Assembly (NCBI RefSeq): GCF_024502345.1
Contig: NZ_JALDNN010000001.1
Direction: 5' to 3' (one strand)
Length of the DNA: 64,000 bases
Source of the DNA: Escherichia coli
GTDB lineage: Bacteria; Pseudomonadota; Gammaproteobacteria; Enterobacterales; Enterobacteriaceae
The stretch's first letter is position 1, and each line of letters begins with the position of its first letter. Below, one piece after another: positions 55,798 through 64,000 of the stretch. The notes beneath the pieces are model-generated. The model was given only the letters and a program-made list of their open reading frames with translations. It was not told the DNA's origin and ran no database searches. A program made the position numbers and the translations under genes.

Positions 55798-55989
55798 ATG
55801 TCAACGAAGAACAGAACCCGCAGAACAACAACCCGCAACATCCGCTTTCCTAACCAAATGATTGAACAAATTAACATCGCTCTTGATCAAAAAGGGTCCG
55901 GGAATTTCTCAGCCTGGGTCATTGAAGCCTGCCGTCGGAGACTAACGTCAGAAAAGAGAGCATCTACATCAATCAAAAGTGATGAATAA
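55798..55989 (+). CDS. YlcI/YnfO-family small prophage protein (DUF3950)
   Basis: 63-aa MSTKNRTRRTTTRNIRFPNQMIEQINIALDQKGSGNFSAWVIEACRRRLTSEKRASTSIKSDE. Confidence 0.7.
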   Translation: MSTKNRTRRTTTRNIRFPNQMIEQINIALDQKGSGNFSAWVIEACRRRLTSEKRASTSIKSDE

Positions 55990-56242
55990 TGAATATCCCG
56001 GTTTCTTTACCTCCCCTCCCACCCCGCACAGGACTGGCGAACGTGTGGGACAAATATGTGAGTCATAAACGCCTTATCTTCAGAAATGCAGTTGGCATCC
56101 GAACAGGACGATATTGTAACTTCACCTAATTACGAGGCATTGCAGTAGTTGAATTGTAGTTCTGTATTAGCCTGACAGTGACAGAATGCGATATTGACTC
56201 TGTCACAGGTGAAATAGTTTGAATGGTTAGCAGTTATGGCGA

Positions 56243-56449
56243 TCAGTCAACCACCAGGGAATAATCCTTCGAATTCTTATCGTGCTTCACCAACGCTGCC
56301 TCAATTGCCCTGAATGCTTCCAGAGACACTTGATGTTCTATACATGCAATTACAACATCCGGATAACTCATAGAAATGGTGCTAGTGAGCATAGTTTTTA
56401 CACGGACCTGATCCAAGGATGAGTCATCAGTGTATTGATCTTTATGCAT
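56243..56449 (-). CDS. Hypothetical 68-aa protein (possibly a truncated YdfO-like gene)
   Basis: ORF only; identity uncertain. Confidence 0.35.
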   Translation of the reverse strand: MHKDQYTDDSSLDQVRVKTMLTSTISMSYPDVVIACIEHQVSLEAFRAIEAALVKHDKNSKDYSLVVD

Positions 56450-56744
56450 TTTGTCGCTCCATGCGTTTGCTCTTCACTTGCGGCTAAAAATATAACGTCA
56501 AATCACTCAGCATGAAAGTGTGAAAGTTTCAGCGCGTTTCCCTTACATAATCTGTCGTTTGTATTCTCTCCAGGCATACCGGAAAGACTAGGTATTGTCA
56601 CACAACCAATACCACCGACTATCGAGATTTATATCTATTCGGTAATGTTTAAATATAAAAAAACCCCGTAAAAACGAGGTTTATGGGTAAATTGTATTGT
56701 TGAATAGCATCTGATAAGAAATTGATGCTAATACTATAAACACA

Positions 56745-56918
56745 CTAGATTAAATCAATCTTGATATCATAGCTTTCAAGACCAGTCATTTTTTCCCGTG
56801 CAGTAAACTGGATACTGGTAACTTCTTTCCCGGTCTTTTTCTTAAGCTCAATAATTTTTTTTGTTATATATTCAGAAATATCTGCTTCTGTTTTTGTTTT
56901 TAACTCTTCAATGTTCAT
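56745..56918 (-). CDS. gnsB: GnsA/GnsB-family protein
   Basis: 57-aa MNIEELKTKTEADISEYITKKIIELKKKTGKEVTSIQFTAREKMTGLESYDIKIDLI. Confidence 0.85.
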   Translation of the reverse strand: MNIEELKTKTEADISEYITKKIIELKKKTGKEVTSIQFTAREKMTGLESYDIKIDLI

Positions 56919-57090
56919 CATTTCCTCTTTTAGTCTGTTATGACTTTCCTGGTACACAGTAGTGTCAATTATATGGAGCAAACGTATAAAAGATAAGATG
57001 AAACATCGCAATAATCAACATACGACAGTCTAAATTTCGCACAAACAGATAAAGATGATTATCCTTTATTATCAAGGCATTAGAATGAAA

Positions 57091-57321
57091 TCAATTCAAG
57101 AGTCTCATTGCTGCTTCCAGAATTTCTTCTGAAGTTACATGTCGATCCGCTGCTACATAAATGACTTTATGATCTCCGGTCAGAGATGGAAACCCTGCAG
57201 CCATTACAGTGAGATGTGTTGTTTCGCCATTTGGATATTCACGCATGATGGTGTTAACTCCGGTCATCACTGGCACTACCATTGCTGGTTCAGAGTTAAA
57301 AAAAACTATTATTTTTTTCAT
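57091..57321 (-). CDS. Hypothetical 76-aa protein
   Basis: MKKIIVFFNSEPAMVVPVMTGVNTIMREYPNGETTHLTVMAAGFPSLTGDHKVIYVAADRHVTSEEILEAAMRLLN. Confidence 0.45.
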   Translation of the reverse strand: MKKIIVFFNSEPAMVVPVMTGVNTIMREYPNGETTHLTVMAAGFPSLTGDHKVIYVAADRHVTSEEILEAAMRLLN

Positions 57322-57363
57322 GATGTTACCGTAATATGTGAGTATCCATCGACTAGACACTAA

Positions 57364-57386
57364 GCAAAAAAGCTCCCGAAGGAGCC
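57364..57386 (-). terminator. Rho-independent terminator (minus strand)
   Basis: gctcccgaaggagc hairpin followed by TTTTTT on the minus strand. Confidence 0.6.
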
Positions 57387-57592
57387 TTCATTTTCACTTT
57401 CTTAAATCTAACGACAGACGGCTAACATTTAAGTATTGTGAAATATTATCAAATGTAATCATCATTGATTTACAAAAGATACATTTTGCCCCGAAAGGAT
57501 TCCTGTCAGAAACATCAAAAGATGATGTTCTATACTGAGAACCATGGCAACACGGGCATCTAAAGTGAATATGGTTTGTAATATTTTCTACC

Positions 57593-57805
57593 TCAAAGTG
57601 CCACTACATGAACAGCCGCGGGGCCTTTAGGTCCGTTCTCAATACCAAATTCGACTTGCTGATTCTCAGTTAACGTTTTGAAATCGTTGCTCTGAATAGC
57701 TGAGAAATGGACAAACACATCTTTGCTACCATCTTTCGGCGTGATGAAACCAAAACCTTTTTCAGGGTTAAACCATTTCACTAAACCAGTCATTTTGTTA
57801 GACAT
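57593..57805 (-). CDS. cspI: Cold shock protein, CspI-like
   Basis: 70-aa [70 protein letters not shown]. Confidence 0.92.
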   Translation of the reverse strand: MSNKMTGLVKWFNPEKGFGFITPKDGSKDVFVHFSAIQSNDFKTLTENQQVEFGIENGPKGPAAVHVVAL

Positions 57806-58174
57806 CATTATTACCTTTTGAAGAAGTGAGCCCTTGGGCAGAATGGTCCGAAAAAAAATATCAGAGAGAAAAACCAACAAGGAAATCTCAAGAGGTACAA
57901 ATAATAAAATTATAACAATGACTGCTTCAGATAATTTTGTAACAAACCAGAACACCATTAACGCATGATTAACCAACCATAGCAAGGATTACTTTTGTAA
58001 AGAAAAACACACGAATGAAACAATAGCTTTATTTATTAATAAAACGTGTCATTCTGTCTAATGACCTTTTATCTTACCCTTAAGATTTCAAGGATTTTGA
58101 CTCATGGAAGAGTCCTTTTTATTTAAATTTCACATTCAGCGCTAAAAATAATCCGATTTAATGTTAATCTACAT

Positions 58175-59196
<1,022 letters not shown>

Positions 59197-59301
59197 GGAT
59201 ATTTATCAGGATTTATCGGTTTCTGAACCCTGGATATGTTTATCTGTCCCGGCCTGTTGAATCAGGCGGGGAAAAGGTAAAGACAATCAAGAGGATTATT
59301 T

Positions 59302-59574
59302 ATGGACAATAACACCATTTCTCTACAGGAGTTGCTCGACTGCATTTCAAAGCTTCGGGATGATGTAAATGCCCTCACTGTTGCATTTTCATATTTGGCC
59401 TTATCAATTCCCAGAGAACAAATGCAACCAACACTGGCATCGCTCCTGCTTGAATCACGCAACCCCAAATGGTCCCAGGAACAACAAAATTCTTTCAAGT
59501 GGCTGGCGGCATTACTGGAAGAAAAATATGCTGGTAAAATTACCATTTCGGTGGAGTCTTCAGAGAATCAGTAA
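59302..59574 (+). CDS. Hypothetical 90-aa protein on the opposite strand within the lysis cassette
   Basis: AGGA 7 nt upstream of the ATG; MDNNTISLQELLDCISKLRDDVNALTVAFSYLALSIPREQMQPTLASLLLE... Confidence 0.35.
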   Translation: MDNNTISLQELLDCISKLRDDVNALTVAFSYLALSIPREQMQPTLASLLLESRNPKWSQEQQNSFKWLAALLEEKYAGKITISVESSENQ

Positions 59575-59884
59575 TTCTTCCTGGTAGCTTTCCTTTGTAG
59601 GTTATCCACACATTCTGCGCCTCTAAAATTACGGGGCGCTTTTCCGGCGACTGCTCATCCCCTTCACATAACCCGGCTGCAACTTCCAGGAAGACCTGTC
59701 TGATGCTCCTTCTGGCTGCTGCCTCATAAAACTCCAGCGCGGCACCTTCAACACGGTCCAGCGAGATGTCCAGGTCAAAAATTTCACCGTCAAAGCGTTT
59801 TTTGTCCCTTAATGCTACAGTTACCGCAACTTTATTCTCAAAATTGCGGATCCCTTTCACAATCAGTTCATAGTTTTGTGTCAT
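59540..59884 (-). CDS. YdfR-like prophage protein (DUF1327)
   Basis: MTQNYELIVKGIRNFENKVAVTVALRDKKRFDGEIFDLDISLDRVEGAALEFYEAAARRS... Confidence 0.65.
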   Translation of the reverse strand: MTQNYELIVKGIRNFENKVAVTVALRDKKRFDGEIFDLDISLDRVEGAALEFYEAAARRSIRQVFLEVAAGLCEGDEQSPEKRPVILEAQNVWITYKGKLPGRITDSLKTPPKW

Positions 59885-59888
59885 TGAA

Positions 59889-60104
59889 TTACTCTCCCCG
59901 TGCAACCTTACGCTTGTCTTCTTTAATCTTGAAATAAAGGTTTGTCAGGTACGTCAGCAAGCCAAATACCAGACTACCCAGCACACCGATTGCAGCCCAC
60001 TGTGACGGAGTTACTTTATCGAGTAACTGCAATGCCCAGAAACCAGCATTACCAGCCGATGTGCCATAGGCGATACCTGTTGTTAACTTATCCATTGATT
60101 TCAT
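59889..60104 (-). CDS. Phage holin (EssQ/EssD type)
   Basis: 71-aa [71 protein letters not shown]. Confidence 0.88.
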   Translation of the reverse strand: MKSMDKLTTGIAYGTSAGNAGFWALQLLDKVTPSQWAAIGVLGSLVFGLLTYLTNLYFKIKEDKRKVARGE

Positions 60105-60322
60105 ATCCTCACCCCGATGTACACAGATGGTGCAATATGTTTGAAAAGATCGGAGTCTATGGGGTAGTTTTTATAGCAAACGTTGTTCTCAACGGCGCTA
60201 AAAAACAGACACATTAAAAATGTGGGTAATTATTTTAAAAGAAAATCATATATTAAATAATAATACGAGATATGTTTTCATATTTAGTGTACTGTATACG
60301 GCCATTTATACAGGAAAAGCCT

Positions 60323-60493
60323 ATGTCAGAACGTAAAGACTCAAAATCACGCCGTAATTATCTCGTTAAATGTTCCTGCCCAAACTGCACCCAAGAGTCA
60401 GAACACAGTTTTTCAAGAGTACAAAAAGGTGCCCTTTTGATCTGCCCTCATTGCAACAAAGTATTCCAGACAAATCTTAAAGCTGTAGCTTGA
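60323..60493 (+). CDS. Small zinc-ribbon protein (56 aa)
   Basis: MSERKDSKSRRNYLVKCSCPNCTQESEHSFSRVQKGALLICPHCNKVFQTNLKAVA; CxCPNC...CPHC; AGGAAAAG RBS. Confidence 0.55.
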   Translation: MSERKDSKSRRNYLVKCSCPNCTQESEHSFSRVQKGALLICPHCNKVFQTNLKAVA

Positions 60494-60552
60494 TTGATTT
60501 TATTCGTAACAAGTATTTTTTATATTTTAATAACATATTTAAAGCAGATAAT

Positions 60553-60576
60553 AAAAAACCCGCCTGAGCGGGTTTA
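60553..60576. terminator. Bidirectional rho-independent terminator
   Basis: aaaaaacccgcctgagcgggttt. Confidence 0.7.
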
Positions 60577-60856
60577 ATATTGTGGTACTTTTTGTGGGAG
60601 TCATCCACTTACGCACTTTGTTTTGCTATGCCAGCAGTTAGCTTCTGCTGTAAAACTATTCATGCAGCAAACCTGCACTTCACCACAATGGTTAGCATAC
60701 TTTTCCTGATTAAGTTATTGCCAAATATGCTGGCCATTGTTTCATGTATTGGACCTCCTTACTCTTTATTAAAGAGATCCAATATTCACCACTCTGTCTG
60801 TATCTCCACTCAGGCATCAGCCTTCTTCGTTATCGTATACAGACAAACTATGAATT

Positions 60857-61072
60857 TTAATCAGTAATTATGACATTTGCTGCTGCAGGACCTTTAGCAC
60901 CACTCTCTACAGAGAAGGTAACCTTTTGACCTTCAAATAAGATTCGATAATTATCATTCTGAATCGCAGAAAAATGCACAAACACATCTTTACTACCATC
61001 AACAGGAGAAATAAAGCCAAAACCTTTATCAGCGTTAAACCATTTTACTAAACCAGTCATTTTATTTGACAT
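60857..61072 (-). CDS. cspB: Cold shock protein, CspB-like
   Basis: 71-aa [71 protein letters not shown]. Confidence 0.92.
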   Translation of the reverse strand: MSNKMTGLVKWFNADKGFGFISPVDGSKDVFVHFSAIQNDNYRILFEGQKVTFSVESGAKGPAAANVIITD

Positions 61073-61372
61073 TCTACATTCCTTAACTTGAGCCTTTCGG
61101 CATAAATGGCTTGTATAACAGAAACGACTTCGTACTTAATTGGAGAGACTCAAAGAAGGAATAAGTGAATAACACCTGAAATGAGAACTGCTTTAGTAAA
61201 CTACTTCGTATATCGTCTGTTCTTCAAACCGACGCAATCATTAACGCATAGTTGAACATATGAAGCAATGTTTATTTTAGACATCCAGCCATCTTCAACC
61301 CCATCAAAAAACTATAGCTTTCTTCAGGAACGTGTGTATAGTGCGCCAAGTTATCAGTATTAAGGAATTTTT

Positions 61373-61585
61373 TTGTCCCGTAAAATGACAGGAATTCTCA
61401 AAACCTTTGACGGCAAAAGCGGCAAAGGTCTTATAACCCCATCCGATGGTCGTATCGATGTCCAGCTTCATGTTTCAGCGCTCAATCTCCGCGATGCAGA
61501 AGAAATTACCACCGGATTACGCGTGGAATTTTGCCGGATAAATGGTCTGCGTGGACCATCAGCTGCCAATGTTTACCTTTCATGA
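61373..61585 (+). CDS. cspF: Cold shock-like protein, CspF/CspH type
   Basis: 70-aa [70 protein letters not shown]. Confidence 0.88.
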   Translation: MSRKMTGILKTFDGKSGKGLITPSDGRIDVQLHVSALNLRDAEEITTGLRVEFCRINGLRGPSAANVYLS

Positions 61586-61639
61586 GCTATATTAAAGCTT
61601 TAACTTCAAGCCCCATCGAATCAAACATGGAGAGTTTTC

Positions 61640-61729
61640 ATGAATAAACCCGTCTGTCTTGATGACTGGTTGATTGGCTTTAAAAGCTTATGCTGTACTT
61701 TGACCTTAATAGCTCTGCTAATAATGTAA
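61640..61729 (+). CDS. Hypothetical 29-aa hydrophobic peptide
   Basis: [29 protein letters not shown]; GGAGAG SD 6 nt upstream. Confidence 0.3.
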   Translation: MNKPVCLDDWLIGFKSLCCTLTLIALLIM

Positions 61730-61876
61730 TAAGCAGACTCATTGTATCTATGGACATTGTACTGGAAGAAAACATTTTAAACATCAGGCAAAAAACAAAG
61801 TCACCCGATAAATAATAAGTAAACTAACATGAATCCCGTAATGAGATTCAACATCTCTATTACCCTATTTAAAGCA

Positions 61877-61912
61877 CAAAAACCCGCTCATCAGCGGGTT
61901 TTCTACTTTTTC
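61877..61912 (+). terminator. Rho-independent terminator
   Basis: aacccgctcatcagcgggtt hairpin followed by a T run. Confidence 0.7.
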
Positions 61913-62007
61913 TTAACTTCGGGTATACAAAGCCCATCGTTGAAAAAATTTTATCCATATTTTTTGAAAAATGCAAGCATCACGTCGCCATCTTCGGCGA
62001 AAATCAC

Positions 62008-62760
62008 TTATCTCGTCACCTTTCTCAATTGTGCTTCAGCGTAAGATTCCTCCTGCCAGCACTTTGTAACCAGTTTATCAATGACATTTGCATATCCTTT
62101 ATACCACTGATAATCACTCAGGTCCGGTACCAGCTTCTGGACATGATGCCGCGCCAGTGTGGTTGGTAAACGACTAAACCGTTTTCCATTGCAACGCCCA
62201 CAAATCTTATAAACAGGTGTGCCATGAAGCCGGGTCCTTTTTTCATCCAAGACAATACCTTTACCCTTACACCCTCTGCACGCTGTGCTGACTTCTCCCT
62301 TACCATGGCAATGCTGACATAGTTCCTTCACCCACTCTTCTTTGATAACAGATTCCCCGCTTCTGGAGTGTTTCACCACTTCGCGCAATACATTATGAAA
62401 TCCAGTACCAGCACAATGCTCACAACGAGCCTTACTTGCCGCAGACCTGGAATAATCAGCAAAGGCAAAATTCACAAGGTAAGGAATAATCTGTAGCCGG
62501 GTTTCTTCACTCAATTTATTCAATGTCGGGTTATCCAGTGCCATCGCGTAATTGAGCAGACCTTCAATCGCAAACTGAGGATCCTGAACACCAACTTTTG
62601 CCAGGAATAAGGCAAACCCAAGCGGTGCTTTCGACTGCACCATCCCCTGCGCAGCCATCACATCCGTAATCGTTAAACCACCAGAGCCTGTCGCCGGTGC
62701 GTCATCACTCAATTTTGGAGATTTTGGGGAGTAATATTTTGGTAAGGCTTCAAGGTTCAT
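62008..62760 (-). CDS. Late-gene antiterminator Q (QuuQ/YdfT type)
   Basis: 250-aa ORF with Cys-rich zinc-finger-like segment CEHCAGTG...CQHCHGKGE...CRGCKGKG...CGRCNGK. Confidence 0.8.
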   Translation of the reverse strand: MNLEALPKYYSPKSPKLSDDAPATGSGGLTITDVMAAQGMVQSKAPLGFALFLAKVGVQDPQFAIEGLLNYAMALDNPTLNKLSEETRLQIIPYLVNFAFADYSRSAASKARCEHCAGTGFHNVLREVVKHSRSGESVIKEEWVKELCQHCHGKGEVSTACRGCKGKGIVLDEKRTRLHGTPVYKICGRCNGKRFSRLPTTLARHHVQKLVPDLSDYQWYKGYANVIDKLVTKCWQEESYAEAQLRKVTR

Positions 62761-62820
62761 GCTCGTTCTCCACTTACGCCAGTACGCCTATTGCCAGCGC
62801 ACGATCGATAAAACGAAATA

Positions 62821-63171
62821 TCAGCTCCAGCTGGGAGCCATACTTCTCTTCAAATGCCACGGTAAACGCTGGTTAATATCGGCATTGTCCACATCCTCGA
62901 CGTCAGGAAGAGACACAAAGACGCCATTTGCAGACTGCGCCACAGCGTCAGCAATGAAGTGAGTGCCACCAGCACGTTGTAAAATCATTGCCCATCCCAG
63001 CGGGAAAATCTGATCGCCATCGGCACGAAGGCGGTTAAATAATGCGTTCTCTGTTACATCCAGCCACTCAGCAGCTTCAGCGTACCCCACCGGCAACGCC
63101 GCGATAGTTTTTCTGACAGCTTTCACGTACCACTCAGGCTGTTTTTCCACTTTCCAGTGATGATTACCCAC
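62821..63171 (-). CDS. Hypothetical early-region protein, possibly CII-like regulator
   Basis: 116-aa, GTG start, immediately downstream of cro; family not identified. Confidence 0.45.
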   Translation of the reverse strand: MGNHHWKVEKQPEWYVKAVRKTIAALPVGYAEAAEWLDVTENALFNRLRADGDQIFPLGWAMILQRAGGTHFIADAVAQSANGVFVSLPDVEDVDNADINQRLPWHLKRSMAPSWS

Positions 63172-63424
63172 GGCTTACCTCCTGTTCCTGTGGTTTAAAC
63201 CCATTCTGGTTTTGGCTAGATTGAAAACGTGCCGGATAAAGAATCTGCATTTCGCTGATTTCACCCTTAAAAAAATTGGCCAGACGTTCTGCAAGATCGA
63301 TAGATGGAATTTGTTCCAGTCTTTCAATACGACTCAGCGTCGCTGGATTGACCTGAACGCCAGCAGCAACATGCTGCAAAGTAAATCCGTGCGCCTTACG
63401 CACATTCCGTAATGGTGATTGCAT
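63164..63424 (-). CDS. Cro-like HTH (XRE family) regulator
   Basis: 86-aa MQSPLRNVRKAHGFTLQHVAAGVQVNPATLSRIERLEQIPSIDLAERLANFF...; divergent from cI. Confidence 0.75.
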   Translation of the reverse strand: MQSPLRNVRKAHGFTLQHVAAGVQVNPATLSRIERLEQIPSIDLAERLANFFKGEISEMQILYPARFQSSQNQNGFKPQEQEVSRG

Positions 63425-63438
63425 ATGACCTCCACATA

Positions 63439-63501
63439 TTGCGTGATGAGCATATTATTTCACGCAAATATTTTGCGCAAGTTGATTTGCTTAACGCGCA
63501 A
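63439..63501. promoter_or_regulatory. Two dyad-symmetric operator candidates between cro and cI
   Basis: TTGCGTGA-N13-TCACGCAA at 63439-63467 and TTGCGCAA-N13-TTGCGCAA-type dyad at 63473-63501. Confidence 0.6.
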
Positions 63502-63521
63502 TAAAGAAATGTAATAAACGC

Positions 63522-64000
63522 ATGAACATAGGAAACCGAGTCAGACAACTTCGCCAAGCGAAGAACATGAAAATCGCCGATCTCGCTGAAGCAATAGGAG
63601 TGGATGCGGCGAATATCTCACGCCTGGAAACAGGTAAGCAGAAACAATTCACTGAACAAGCCCTGAGTAATATTGCCAGGAGCTTAGGTGTTGATATTGC
63701 TGATCTCTTTACCTCAGACTTCAAAAGTAATACTGTATGTAAAAACAGTGTTAGTGAGGATGTTGCGCAGGTGAAGGATGTATTCCGTATTGAAATGCTG
63801 GATGTCAGTGCCAGTGCGGGAAATGGCCTTATCCAGGGCGGTGATGTCATTGATGTGATTCATGCCATTGAATACAGAACTGATAATGCTGTATCGATGT
63901 TTGGCGGACGGCCAGCCAATCACATTAAAGTTATCAACGTTCGTGGGGACAGTATGTGTCCAACCATTGAGCCAGGAGATCTCATCTTCGTTGATGTCAG
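63522..64000 (+). CDS. CI-like repressor (HTH plus S24 LexA-type peptidase domain), truncated by window end
   Basis: MNIGNRVRQLRQAKNMKIADLAEAIGVDAANISRLETGKQ...VINVRGDSMCPTIEPGDLIFVDV; open to the last base. Confidence 0.8.
   Translation, partial: MNIGNRVRQLRQAKNMKIADLAEAIGVDAANISRLETGKQKQFTEQALSNIARSLGVDIADLFTSDFKSNTVCKNSVSEDVAQVKDVFRIEMLDVSASAGNGLIQGGDVIDVIHAIEYRTDNAVSMFGGRPANHIKVINVRGDSMCPTIEPGDLIFVDV

Overview
The window is an Escherichia coli K-12-like chromosomal segment in reverse-complement orientation relative to conventional numbering. From 1 to 50158 it is core genome: nhaR', nhaA, mokC/hokC followed by an IS186 copy, dnaJ, dnaK, yaaI, yaaW, satP, mog, talB, yaaJ, yaaA, yaaX, thrCBA-thrL, then lasT, yjjY, arcA, creDCBA, rob, gpmB, yjjX, trpR, slt, ettA, nadR, radA, serB, ytjB, lplA, deoDBAC, yjjI, yjjW, yjjV, yjjU, ytjA, osmY, prfC, with REP/BIME repeats in several intergenic gaps. 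From about 50159 to the window end lies one arm of a degraded lambdoid, Qin-like prophage that appears to be inserted at the 5' end of prfC. It carries a dinI-like gene with a LexA box, a ydfK-like gene, a Pin-type serine invertase, a Tfa gene, an ORF with a macrodomain and a tail-fibre-like C-terminus, an out-of-frame terminase-A/side-tail-fibre junction, a Nu1-like small terminase, a ylcI-like gene, gnsB, cspI, an Rz/Rz1-lysozyme-holin lysis cassette, cspB, cspF, a Q antiterminator and a cro/cI switch; the cI gene runs off the window end. No head, tail, replication or integrase genes are present in the window. The most unusual element is the macrodomain ORF sitting inside the tail-fibre/tfa/pin cassette. 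Other observations worth follow-up are the altered prfC N-terminus with a TGTACA cluster at the junction, an HTH gene with an in-frame amber codon where K-12 has yjjJ, and several unannotated small ORFs. Gene names are assigned from recalled E. coli K-12 protein sequences and gene order; no database search was run. Coordinates of motif-level features may be off by 1-2 nt.
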